64,000 nucleotides of DNA from an uncultured Verrucomicrobiae bacterium (GTDB lineage: Bacteria > Verrucomicrobiota > Verrucomicrobiia > Palsa-1439). The notes beneath the pieces are model-generated. The model was not told where the DNA came from and ran no database searches. It saw only the letters and a list, made by a program, of their open reading frames with translations. Positions 9,911-18,993 of the stretch are shown here, in pieces (position 1 is the first letter of the stretch; every line of letters starts with the position of its first letter). The DNA lies in contig CAWJFL010000015.1 in NCBI GenBank assembly GCA_963842185.1, positions 1,233 to 65,232 of the forward strand. Direction: 5' to 3'. The translations under genes were made by a program, and so were the position numbers.

Positions 9911-10810
9911 ATGAGCGGCTCACAGCCATCCCCATCGGAAAACAGCACACGCGCCTTTCAGCGTGCCGCCAGCGGGATTGCGGGCGGGCTGGTATTGATG
10001 TTGTTCGTGGCGGCGCTGTACCAACCGCCCGCGACGCCCGACGCCGGTCTGCTCAAGAATGACCAACCGGTCAGCGAACGTGACCCCGCCCGCGCTATCC
10101 TGTATCAGGGCCGCGGCATCCAGTTCGTCAAGGATGGCAAACTGGAGTTGGCGCTGGACCAGTTTCATCGCGCGGCGGCGTACGACCCGCTCAATATTAG
10201 CGTCGTCATCAACCTCGCCTACGTGCTGGACAAACTGGGGCGGTACCAGGAAGCCATTGATGAACTCCAGGGCGCCGAGAAGATCGATTCCCACAACACC
10301 ATGGTGTACCTCAACTGGGGCAATTCGCTGATTAACATGAAGAAGTACGCGGAAGCATTGGAGCCTCTCCAGAAAGCGGCGGACCTTGATCCCAGCAATC
10401 AACTGGCGTACGTGAACCTCGGGGCGGCGCTCAATAATCTGGGTCGGTACCGCGAAGCCGCGGCAAAATTCGAGAAGGCGATCGAGCTTGATCCGAAGAA
10501 CGATGCCCTCATCCTCCATCTGGCGACGATCTGGACCAATCTCGGCGAACTGGACAAGGCCATCCTGCTGTACGGGCGATTGATCGAGCTCGATCCGAAA
10601 AACCTGTCGGCGTATTACAATTGCGCCGCGCTGTGCGAGAAGCAGGGTAATCTCGATGCCGCCATCGAGAAAATCCGCGCGGCGATCAAGATCGACCCCG
10701 ACAACACGACGCTTCGCGATGCGCTGTCGCGCCTGCTCGCCGCCAGAGCCAGTCAGAATCCGGCGGCCAACATGCCATCCGCGTCCCCCGGGCAGGGATT
10801 GACGCACTAA
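9911..10810 (+). CDS. TPR-repeat protein with N-terminal membrane anchor
   Basis: Six to seven 34-aa repeats (A..Y..A..DP.N pattern); hydrophobic GIAGGLVLMLFVAALY segment; start at ATG 9911. Confidence 0.8.
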   Translation: MSGSQPSPSENSTRAFQRAASGIAGGLVLMLFVAALYQPPATPDAGLLKNDQPVSERDPARAILYQGRGIQFVKDGKLELALDQFHRAAAYDPLNISVVINLAYVLDKLGRYQEAIDELQGAEKIDSHNTMVYLNWGNSLINMKKYAEALEPLQKAADLDPSNQLAYVNLGAALNNLGRYREAAAKFEKAIELDPKNDALILHLATIWTNLGELDKAILLYGRLIELDPKNLSAYYNCAALCEKQGNLDAAIEKIRAAIKIDPDNTTLRDALSRLLAARASQNPAANMPSASPGQGLTH

Positions 10811-10856
10811 CCGCGGAATCGGGCTGGAAATACGGCAGGATGTTGGCGACAATGCC

Positions 10857-13064
10857 GTGCCCATGCACGGGAAAGCACTCAAAATCCTTGCCGCAATCGT
10901 GGTCGTGTTGGCGGTCGTCTTCCCGTTTCTTCTGGCGCTCGAAAAAATTTCCGAGTCCGACACGTTTTGGCACCTGAAAACGGGCGAGTGGATCATCTCG
11001 CACGGCGCGGTCCCACACGCCGACCCATTTTCGGCGACGGCGAACGGGAAAGAGTGGCTCGACTGGGAGTGGCTGTTTCAGGTCGGTATCTATGTCCTGT
11101 ATTCCTGGGGCGGATTCGATGCAATGGTGGTGGGCAAAGCCATTATCGTATTCTTGGCGGGCTTGGTGGTGTTTCATACGTGTCAGCGCAATGGGGCGGG
11201 GGTGTCATTGGCGGCATTAGCAATGATGGCGGCGTTCGTGGCCTCACGAGCGCGGCTTGAGGCCCGACCGGATGTCGTGATGCTCCTGTTTGCGGCGTTG
11301 ACGATTGCCCTGCTGGAGGCTGCGCGGCGGGGCCAACCGTGCGCGCTTCTGTGGTTGCCGGTACTGGAATTGGTGTGGGTGAACGTCCATGGATCGTTTC
11401 TATTGGGGATCATGCTGATGGCCATGTACGGTCTGGTTCAGGGGATCGAATTTGCTCTGAAGAAAGAATGGCGCCGTTTGGGGCTGATCGCCGGCGCGTT
11501 CGCGTTGTCGTGCGCGGCGTGTCTGGTGAATCCTTTTGGCGTCCGTCTCGTGCATCACGCGATCGAGCAGACGAGAAGCTCGGGCCCCTCGGGTACGATT
11601 AGCGAGTGGCAACCGACACGGGAAATGTTGCTGACAGAACCGAACTGGGCGCTGCAGGTGTTTTGGTGGTTGTTCTGGCTGAACCCGGCGGTGCTCGTGG
11701 CCGTGCTGGCGATCAAACGGCGCGCGTTTCCGTGGGCGCACGCGCTGGTGGTGGCGGCGATGAGCGTGCTGGCGCTGCACGCGAACCGGTTCACGGCGCT
11801 GTACGCGGTGGTGACGGCGCCGATTCTGGCGCATGGGCTCGCGGTCTTGCGGGAAAGATTCGCCGGGAAGAAGCACTCGGATTGGGGCGAGGCAACAGCC
11901 GGGACCGTGGCGGCGGTCACGGCGGCGTTCCTGATTTTTGTCGTGGTCACGAACCGCTGGGCGATCGCCGAGAGCCGGCCGGCCAACTTCGGCGTGGGTG
12001 TGGACGAATCGATCGTGCCGACACGGGCGTTGTCGGTGATGATGAAACTGCCGGCGGGATTGAATCTTTTCAATACATACCTGTCCGGCGGGCCGCTGAT
12101 CTGGACGGGGTACCCGCAGTGGCGGACGTTCTGCGACGGACGCGCCAATCTGTATGGCCGTGAATTTGTGGACCGGTACCGCCAGGCGATGTACGACCCG
12201 TCGGAATGGGAAAAATGGATGCGCGAGCGGTCGGTATCGGTGGCGTTCCTGGAGTACGGGACAGCGGACGACCGCCCGTTGCTGCAATACCTAGTGAACA
12301 GCCGTGTGTGGGACATGCTGTATTTCGACCATGCCGCGTGCATCTTCGTGCACCAGAGTTGCTGGGCAAAATTGCGAGCCGACAAGCAATTGAAGGACCT
12401 CAAGCCCGTGCACGTGACGGACGCGAAGGCGGTGCTGGCATACGCGCACCAGCTCGCGGACGAGACTGTGGGCAACGATGCCTATCTCCGCGCCCGCGTG
12501 GTGGCGACGATGGGGAATTTCCTGATGGTTCTCGGAGCGGTCGATACGGCGGAGGCACTATTCGAAGACGCCCTCGCGATTCATCCGCGGACGTCGGAGG
12601 CGTGGATGAATCTGGCGACGATCAACCTCGACGCGGGCGACAAGGAACAGGCGATGGTCCTGACGGAGAAACTGCTGGCGATCAATCCGCGGTATTTTTA
12701 CGCGCGGTTGATGCAGGCCCAGATCAAGGCGACCGAGGGCAATCTCGACGGAGCGGTAGCGGAAACGGAAGCGGTACTGGACGAGCAGCCGCACTCCGTG
12801 CAGGCGTGGCTGTTACGCGGCCAGTTGGCGGCGCGGCAGGGGGACCGCGCGACGGCGATCCAGGCGCTGCAGCGCACCGTGGCGGAGCATGTGGAAGACC
12901 CGCACCTGTATCTGTTCCTGGGCCAACTCCTCGCGGCGGATGGACGGACGAACGAGGCGGTCACGGCCTACGAGAAGTGTCTGGAAACGTGGCGCGGCCC
13001 GTCCCAGCAGCGGGAGCAGATCGAAGCCGTCCTGGCCAAGTTGCGTCCACCGGCGGCGAAGTAA
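10857..13064 (+). CDS. polytopic membrane protein with C-terminal TPR domain (GT-C-like putative glycosyltransferase)
   Basis: 735 aa; >10 hydrophobic helices in N-terminal 400 aa, TPR repeats in last 200 aa; functional call is inference. Confidence 0.6.
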   Translation: MPMHGKALKILAAIVVVLAVVFPFLLALEKISESDTFWHLKTGEWIISHGAVPHADPFSATANGKEWLDWEWLFQVGIYVLYSWGGFDAMVVGKAIIVFLAGLVVFHTCQRNGAGVSLAALAMMAAFVASRARLEARPDVVMLLFAALTIALLEAARRGQPCALLWLPVLELVWVNVHGSFLLGIMLMAMYGLVQGIEFALKKEWRRLGLIAGAFALSCAACLVNPFGVRLVHHAIEQTRSSGPSGTISEWQPTREMLLTEPNWALQVFWWLFWLNPAVLVAVLAIKRRAFPWAHALVVAAMSVLALHANRFTALYAVVTAPILAHGLAVLRERFAGKKHSDWGEATAGTVAAVTAAFLIFVVVTNRWAIAESRPANFGVGVDESIVPTRALSVMMKLPAGLNLFNTYLSGGPLIWTGYPQWRTFCDGRANLYGREFVDRYRQAMYDPSEWEKWMRERSVSVAFLEYGTADDRPLLQYLVNSRVWDMLYFDHAACIFVHQSCWAKLRADKQLKDLKPVHVTDAKAVLAYAHQLADETVGNDAYLRARVVATMGNFLMVLGAVDTAEALFEDALAIHPRTSEAWMNLATINLDAGDKEQAMVLTEKLLAINPRYFYARLMQAQIKATEGNLDGAVAETEAVLDEQPHSVQAWLLRGQLAARQGDRATAIQALQRTVAEHVEDPHLYLFLGQLLAADGRTNEAVTAYEKCLETWRGPSQQREQIEAVLAKLRPPAAK

Positions 13065-13073
13065 CATTCGCAC

Positions 13074-13106
13074 AAATCGCGCTTGCGCGCGCCCGATTTT
13101 TTATTA
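13074..13106 (+). terminator. imperfect GC hairpin plus T-run after the membrane/TPR gene
   Basis: aaatcgcgcttgcgcgcgcccgattttttatt directly after stop at 13064. Confidence 0.4.
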
Positions 13107-13144
13107 TTGTTTCGGCGCAATGGTAGTGGAAGGGGGGAACAAGT

Positions 13145-13336
13145 ATGGAACAAGTCACGTGCCCGAATTGCAATGTGGACGTTGAGCCCGAGGAGCTGAA
13201 GCGGAACAATCTGCGGTGTCCGACGTGCGGCTTCGATTTGAGTGATGCCGGGGATGTCGAGAGTCCGGACGCGGACGAAGAGCTGGATGATGAGGAGGAC
13301 GAAGACGAGGAGGACGATGAGGATGAGGAGGAATGA
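13145..13336 (+). CDS. zinc-ribbon protein with poly-acidic tail (63 aa)
   Basis: CPNC...CPTC pair followed by DADEELDDEEDEDEEDDEDEEE; purine-rich RBS-like stretch upstream. Confidence 0.6.
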   Translation: MEQVTCPNCNVDVEPEELKRNNLRCPTCGFDLSDAGDVESPDADEELDDEEDEDEEDDEDEEE

Positions 13337-13367
13337 GGTTGGCGCATCCGCGACCACGCGGCGTTGA

Positions 13368-14015
13368 ATGATTATTGAGACTTTTGAAGCCGGCCCGGTG
13401 GCGACCAATGGCTATCTGGTCGCGGACAAGTTGCAGGGCGTCGCGGTGGTGATTGACGCGCCGCAGGGGGCCTCGCCGTTGATTGTCGAGCAAGCCCGAA
13501 AGTGGAACACCCCGATAGCCTGCCTGGTCAACACCCATGGTCATTGGGACCACATTCTGGATAATGCCGAGTTGTTGCGGTTGACCGGGGCGAAATTCGG
13601 GATCCACCGCGAGAGCGCGCCGCTGCTGAGTCTTCCGCAAGCGCGGTATTTCGGGTTGGATCTGGACATTGAACCGTGCCATCCGGATTTTTTCCTCGAA
13701 GAGGGCAAACCGTTGGACGTGGGCAGTTTACGATTCGAGGTTTTTCATTGTCCCGGTCATTGTCCGGGCAGCGTGGCGCTGATGGAACGGAAGGAGCGCG
13801 TGGCGTTTGTCGGGGATGTATTGTTCGCGGGATCGGTGGGGCGCGCGGATTTGCCGGGGGGCGACTACGAAACGTTGATGCGTTCCATTCGAGAAAAGCT
13901 GTTGCCGCTCGGGGATGACGTGCGCGTGTTTCCCGGGCACGGGCCCGTGACGACGATTGGCCACGAGCGGCTCACGAACCCGTTTTTGGCCGCGGTAAGA
14001 GAGTCGAACCCTTGA
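13368..14015 (+). CDS. MBL-fold metallo-hydrolase (glyoxalase II-like)
   Basis: NTHGHWDHI (HxHxDH) motif, CPGHCPGS, downstream FPGHG. Confidence 0.85.
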   Translation: MIIETFEAGPVATNGYLVADKLQGVAVVIDAPQGASPLIVEQARKWNTPIACLVNTHGHWDHILDNAELLRLTGAKFGIHRESAPLLSLPQARYFGLDLDIEPCHPDFFLEEGKPLDVGSLRFEVFHCPGHCPGSVALMERKERVAFVGDVLFAGSVGRADLPGGDYETLMRSIREKLLPLGDDVRVFPGHGPVTTIGHERLTNPFLAAVRESNP

Positions 14016-14095
14016 AAAATCAATAGTTGCAAGGTTTCCGGCACTTTTGTAGTATCCGCCGAACCCTAAACCAAGGAGAACAAGTAAGGAGCTTT

Positions 14096-14380
14096 ATGGC
14101 AAAATTGACGAAGTCACAAGTTTTGGGAAGTCTGGCAGAGAAGACCGGCGTATCGAAAAAGAGCGCGGGCCTGTTCATCGACGAGTTGGTGAAGTTGGCG
14201 TACAAGGAAGCGAAGAATTCGTTCACGATTCCCGGGCTCGGCAAGATCGTCCTGGTGAATCGCAAGGCCCGCATCGGCCGCAATCCGGCGACGGGCGAGC
14301 AGATTCAGATTCCGGCCAAGCGGGTGGTGAAGTTCCGCATCGCCAAGGCAGCCAAGGACGCGATTCTCGGCGGCAAGTAA
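14096..14380 (+). CDS. hup: HU family DNA-binding protein
   Basis: AAGGAG RBS 6 nt upstream of ATG 14096; GLGKIVLVNRKARIGRNPATGEQIQIPAKRVVKF arm motif. Confidence 0.92.
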   Translation: MAKLTKSQVLGSLAEKTGVSKKSAGLFIDELVKLAYKEAKNSFTIPGLGKIVLVNRKARIGRNPATGEQIQIPAKRVVKFRIAKAAKDAILGGK

Positions 14381-14400
14381 TTCCCTGAGTTTGTGATTCA

Positions 14401-14439
14401 ACGGGCGGCTGTGATCGGCACAGCCGCCCGTGTTGTTTT
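14401..14439. terminator. bidirectional rho-independent terminator between hup and exbD
   Basis: Perfect 13 bp stem acgggcggctgtg / cacagccgcccgt with 5 nt loop, followed by gttgtttt. Confidence 0.8.
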
Positions 14440-14452
14440 CACAGTGGATCGG

Positions 14453-14878
14453 TTACCGCGCCGACTTTTTGGTGAACGCGGTAATGTCCGGGATGCCCGC
14501 GGCGCGCGCGGCATCGACGATGGCCACGACTGTGCCATAGCTGACCGTCTTGTCGGCGGAGAACTGCACTTGCAATTTCGGGTTTTTCTCTTTTGCATCC
14601 CGCAGGGTTTGTTCCAGCGTGCTTAGGGCGATGGGCTTGTTGTCAAGATAGATGGTTTCGTCGGAACTGACGGCAATCGAGAGGCGCTCGACTTTTTCGC
14701 GGCCGACTTCCTCGGCGGTCTTCGCTTCGGGGAGGACCAGTTTCACGGCCGTGGGTGAGCTGGCGCGAAAGGTGGTCGTGGCGATGAAGAAAATGAGGAG
14801 GATAAACAGAACATCCACGAGATTGATCAAGCGGATGGACGGTGGGCGGTGCGCTTTGGTTGGCTCGAAGATGCGCAT
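14453..14878 (-). CDS. exbD: ExbD/TolR biopolymer transport protein
   Basis: 141 aa, single N-terminal TM INLVDVLFILLIFFI and periplasmic ExbD-like domain. Confidence 0.88.
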   Translation of the reverse strand: MRIFEPTKAHRPPSIRLINLVDVLFILLIFFIATTTFRASSPTAVKLVLPEAKTAEEVGREKVERLSIAVSSDETIYLDNKPIALSTLEQTLRDAKEKNPKLQVQFSADKTVSYGTVVAIVDAARAAGIPDITAFTKKSAR

Positions 14879-14887
14879 GGCGGATTC

Positions 14888-15499
14888 CTACTGGAGATTG
14901 CGGTACAGGCGCGTCAACAGCTCGTTGGTGTGCCGTTCCAGTTCCAGCACCAGGACCTCGATGCGGCGGCGAAAATACATGTAGGCAATCAGCGCCGGGA
15001 TCGCGATGCTGAGACCGGTCATCGTCGCGGTCAACGCCTCGTAGATGCCGCGGGAAATCATCGCCGGCTCGCCGAGTCCCTTCTTCGCCACGTCCTCGAA
15101 CAATTGGACCATGCCGATGACCGTGCCCAGCAGTCCCAGCAACGGGCCGAGCTCGGCGATGAGCGACAACGTGGTCAGCCCGCGTTCCATGCGGCCAACA
15201 ATCTGGCGGGCCAGCGCCTGCATGACCTCGACATTTTCTGTTTTCGGCAGCGATGCATGAGCGAACATGGCTTGCACGAGCCGGCCCAACACCGTCGTGT
15301 CAGACTCACTGAGCACGCGCACCACCTCGGTTTGCTCGGGTGTGACCGGCCGCCTCTCAATGGCGGCGGCCAACTCGGGGGAAATAATGCGGCGGCGCTG
15401 CAACGCCCAAGTGCGTTCCAAAATGATGGCCAACCCCGCTATCGAGCACACCAACAGCGGCCACATGGCGATTCCGCCCCGAAAGAACCATTCCGGCAT
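14888..15499 (-). CDS. exbB: MotA/TolQ/ExbB proton channel protein
   Basis: 203 aa, three TM, LGPLLGLLGTVIGMV motif. Confidence 0.88.
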   Translation of the reverse strand: MPEWFFRGGIAMWPLLVCSIAGLAIILERTWALQRRRIISPELAAAIERRPVTPEQTEVVRVLSESDTTVLGRLVQAMFAHASLPKTENVEVMQALARQIVGRMERGLTTLSLIAELGPLLGLLGTVIGMVQLFEDVAKKGLGEPAMISRGIYEALTATMTGLSIAIPALIAYMYFRRRIEVLVLELERHTNELLTRLYRNLQ

Positions 15500-15523
15500 G
15501 AAGCTCCTCCCTTTTTTGATGAC

Positions 15524-16705
15524 TCAGTAGTAAAACGTAAAAGTCGCCTGACGCGGCTCCTTCCCAGCCAGCGCGCGCAGTTCGTCAGGCCATGGCTCGA
15601 ACGGCCCTGATTCTATGATGGCTTTCTCGCAAAACAACGACAAAATGCTGTTCTCGGTGCCCTCAATGGTTTTCACATTCCTCACTTGGCCGTCATCAAA
15701 CAGCTCGAAGTAGACCGTGACGGTTGCCGTGCTCTCATAAATCCCGTAGCGATCGATGAGATTGTACCAGCGGCTTTGGACGGCTTTAATGACTTTCTTG
15801 TCATACGCACCGAATGGACTCGCCTCCACATTGAATGCGGTCACGCCCGCGCGCGAGACGCCGGCGGCGACAAGATGCGCTTTCCGCGCCACAATTTCGC
15901 GGCCTGCCACGCCCGGCTCGCTGGCAAGCGCAGGAGCGCCCCCTCCCGCCTCAGCAACCGCAGGCGGCGTGGGGACGGCCGAACTGGTCGCAGCATTGGG
16001 CGTCGCGGTCGGCTTTGGTGCCATCGCCAGCTTCTGTTCTTCCACGATTTTCAACCCGACCGCCGGAATCTCCTGGGGTTGGGCTGGAGATTGCGGTTGT
16101 GGCTGGGGCGTGACGGATGGTTTTTCCTGTGGCGGCGTGGGAGCCGGCTTGGAAGCGGTGGGGGGAGACGGCTGTGTGACCCGGCCCGGGGCTCCCGGCG
16201 CGCCCGCTTGTACAACGAGCGGGGCCGAAACTCCCGATTGCGTAGGTACGTCCAGGGTGCTCATTGGCTGCTTGTCTTTGTACTTCGTCTCTTTGCCGTC
16301 CAGATACGGAGTGTCCCCCACTTTGCCGCTGGCATTATTTGGATTGGCGGCCACGGTCGACTTATCGGAATAGTACTGGGCGGTTTTCGGTTTTTCGCCT
16401 GTGACCTGCGAGGCGTCGGTTTCCATGAACTGCTGAGATTGCTTGCCTTTGTCAGGTTGGTTTTGAGCGCGCGGCTCATTCAATTCCACGAAGGTGATGG
16501 TCTGCACGTGCGGATGCACCGCGCTCGGCTGCATATAGGTCACATGCACCAATTTCGTCAAGGAAGCCAACCACGGCAACTTCAGCAGGGGCGCGCCGTA
16601 TTGCGCTGTGCAATAGGCCATCGCGTGCAAGAGCAAGGACACCAATAGCGCGATTTCAATGGGCAAAGTTTCGCGGTCCGCTATTCGATCCATAGTTGTC
16701 GTCAT
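15524..16705 (-). CDS. TonB-like energy transducer (N-terminal TM, long Pro-rich linker, C-terminal TonB-C-like domain)
   Basis: PQPQPQSPAQPQ linker; operon position upstream of exbB-exbD on the same strand. Confidence 0.6.
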   Translation of the reverse strand: MTTTMDRIADRETLPIEIALLVSLLLHAMAYCTAQYGAPLLKLPWLASLTKLVHVTYMQPSAVHPHVQTITFVELNEPRAQNQPDKGKQSQQFMETDASQVTGEKPKTAQYYSDKSTVAANPNNASGKVGDTPYLDGKETKYKDKQPMSTLDVPTQSGVSAPLVVQAGAPGAPGRVTQPSPPTASKPAPTPPQEKPSVTPQPQPQSPAQPQEIPAVGLKIVEEQKLAMAPKPTATPNAATSSAVPTPPAVAEAGGGAPALASEPGVAGREIVARKAHLVAAGVSRAGVTAFNVEASPFGAYDKKVIKAVQSRWYNLIDRYGIYESTATVTVYFELFDDGQVRNVKTIEGTENSILSLFCEKAIIESGPFEPWPDELRALAGKEPRQATFTFYY

Positions 16706-16972
16706 GATAGCAGATTGTGTTATGCCATCAACTCGCGGGACGTTGTGTGCCGATCCGCTCCAAAATGAGGCGCAACTGCTATGCCAGAGGGTTGGGGATC
16801 AGCCCTGAGCCAGAAACCCCGACGACGCTCTGCGGTCAATGAATCATGAGCCAATTTGAAGAATGGTTCCGTCATGGGGCTGCCATCAGCCAAATGTCCA
16901 GTGCTTGGGTAAGCAGCGTAACCTGTTTATGATAAGAATAATACATAGTATAGCGACTGTAGAAAACAAAAT

Positions 16973-17002
16973 AGTTGACTACTTAGTAAACTTGGGTATT
17001 AT
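16973..17002 (+). promoter_or_regulatory. sigma70-like promoter (TTGACT-16-TATTAT) overlapped by inverted repeat AGTTGACTA-CT-TAGTAAACT, candidate TetR operator
   Basis: Read directly in AT-rich divergent intergenic region 55 nt upstream of tetR ATG. Confidence 0.45.
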
Positions 17003-17056
17003 CTCCTAAAGTTTTGAAGGTCGCGAGTAGATGGCCAAAGGCGGAAGGTGAGAATC

Positions 17057-17701
17057 ATGGGACGTGTCAGTGATGCCAAAGAGAGATTGATGGAGGCTGT
17101 GTTGGAGCTGATTTGGACCGGCTCCTACGGCGGTACGACGATCGACCATATCTGTGACAAAGCGGGTGTCAAGAAGGGCAGTTTCTACTACTTTTTTGAT
17201 TCAAAGGCGGACCTCGCGTTGGCGGCCATTGATGTGGGATGGAACCGCATTCGGCCCGAACTCGATGCACTTTTTTCCGCAACAGTTCCGCCGCTGGAAC
17301 GACTGCGGAAGTATTGTGAATATAGCTATCGGTTCCAGGCTGAGATCAAGGCCAGGTACGGTCACGTGCTGGGGTGCCCGCAATTCTCGTTGGGCTCGGA
17401 AATCAGCACGCGGGAAGATGGGTTGCCGCGGAAGATCCAGGAGATTCTGGAGAGCAAACGGAAGTATTTTGAATCAGCCATCCGCGACGCCCACGCGGCG
17501 GGGTTGATTGACGCGCCGGATGCGGCGGCCAAGTCACGTACTTTGTTTGCCTACTACGAGGGATTACTGACCCAGGCTCGGATTCAGAATGATCTCGAGG
17601 TTTTGCAGGAAGCGGAACGTGGGACCCGCGAATTGCTCGGGGTGAAAGAAACCGAATCCGTTGTCGTGGAATCGAACTCAGGTGTTTTGCATACCAATTA
17701 G
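17057..17701 (+). CDS. TetR/AcrR family transcriptional regulator
   Basis: N-terminal HTH TIDHICDKAGVKKGSFYYFFDSKADL; precedes RND efflux genes. Confidence 0.9.
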   Translation: MGRVSDAKERLMEAVLELIWTGSYGGTTIDHICDKAGVKKGSFYYFFDSKADLALAAIDVGWNRIRPELDALFSATVPPLERLRKYCEYSYRFQAEIKARYGHVLGCPQFSLGSEISTREDGLPRKIQEILESKRKYFESAIRDAHAAGLIDAPDAAAKSRTLFAYYEGLLTQARIQNDLEVLQEAERGTRELLGVKETESVVVESNSGVLHTN

Positions 17702-17712
17702 GAAGGAAAGCC

Positions 17713-18969
17713 GTGAACACGCCCGCAACTGAAAAAGGATCTCCACAATCCAGTCAGAATCCGACCGTGTCGTCCACACCATACCACGCGCACGTTACCA
17801 CTTCCCTGAAAAGCCAATCGGAACAAAAGCCGGCTTCCGGATCCATGATGAAACGAATGCTGATCATGCTGGCGATTGCCTTTCTCTTCATCGCGGGGAT
17901 TGGCACTTGGAAGGTAATGCAAATCCGGGCGGGGATGGCGCAGTTCGCCAAGTTCGCCCCACCGCCAACAGCGGTGACGACGACCGTGGCGACGCGGGAA
18001 CGGTGGCAGCCGGCACTGAGCGCCGTGGGGTCATTGCGAGCCGTCAATGGCGTCACGGTCAGCACGGATTTGGCCGGCATCATCTCACAGATTTCTTTCC
18101 AGTCCGGCACGGCGGTAAAGAAGGGGGATCTTCTGGTGAAGTTGGACAGCCAGCAGGAGGAGGCGCAACTGCGTTCGGCGGAAGCCCGCCGCGATCTGGC
18201 GAAGAGCAATCTCGAACGTCAGCGCAGTCTTGTAGCCGATGGGGCAGTATCACGATCAGACTATGACGGTGCCGAGAGTGAATTCCGACAAGCAGCCGCT
18301 GCAGTGGACGATGCGAGGGCGCTGATTGCTCGGAAGACCATCACCGCGCCGTTCGATGGGTTGGCGGGAATTCGTCAAGTGGACCTTGGCCAGTATTTGA
18401 ACGTCGGCGCGCCGATCGTGACCGTCCAATCGGTCGACCCGATTTACGTCGAGTTTGCCATCCCCCAGCAGGACCTCGAGCAGATTGCTGTGGGGAAACA
18501 GATCCGGATCAAGGCGGCAGGAATCACAGGCGAGCAGTTCGAAGATGAGATCACGGCGATCGAGTCGCGCCTCGACGAATCCACGCGCAACATTACAATT
18601 CAAGCGACAGTCAAGAATCCGGATAACCGGTTGCGCCCCGGCATGTTTGTCAACGTTGACGTTCTCCTGCCGGAAAAGGAAGCCATTTTCATTCCCACGT
18701 CATCCATCAGCTATGCGCCCTACGGGGACTCGGTCTTCATCGTCAAAAGCAAACAAGGGGCCGCCGGTTCGGCGGGCAAGGAAGTACAGCAACAGTTTGT
18801 GAAGCTTGGCGCAAGCCGTGGCGATCAGGTCACGGTCATCTCAGGCGTCAAGGAAGGTGACGAGGTCGTCAGTTCGGGCGTGTTCAAACTGCGCGGCGGC
18901 GCGGCGGTGCTGGTCAACAACAGCGTCCAGCCGGGTAACGAAGCCAACCCGAATCCGCCGAACATGTAG
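17713..18969 (+). CDS. RND efflux periplasmic adaptor (MFP) subunit; start may be at 17845 (MMKRML)
   Basis: TM anchor, coiled-coil hairpin, ITAPFDGLAGIRQVDLGQYL lipoyl/beta-barrel motif. Confidence 0.9.
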   Translation: MNTPATEKGSPQSSQNPTVSSTPYHAHVTTSLKSQSEQKPASGSMMKRMLIMLAIAFLFIAGIGTWKVMQIRAGMAQFAKFAPPPTAVTTTVATRERWQPALSAVGSLRAVNGVTVSTDLAGIISQISFQSGTAVKKGDLLVKLDSQQEEAQLRSAEARRDLAKSNLERQRSLVADGAVSRSDYDGAESEFRQAAAAVDDARALIARKTITAPFDGLAGIRQVDLGQYLNVGAPIVTVQSVDPIYVEFAIPQQDLEQIAVGKQIRIKAAGITGEQFEDEITAIESRLDESTRNITIQATVKNPDNRLRPGMFVNVDVLLPEKEAIFIPTSSISYAPYGDSVFIVKSKQGAAGSAGKEVQQQFVKLGASRGDQVTVISGVKEGDEVVSSGVFKLRGGAAVLVNNSVQPGNEANPNPPNM

Positions 18970-18993
18970 GATGATCGACGGCGAAGAAAAGGC

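Noticed and set aside
12961-13408. Minus-strand ORFs of 128 and 146 aa, including a poly-serine run
   Set aside because: They are the antisense reading of the GAG/GAC-rich acidic tail of the zinc-ribbon gene and of the 3' end of the TPR gene. The composition is an artifact of the repeat.
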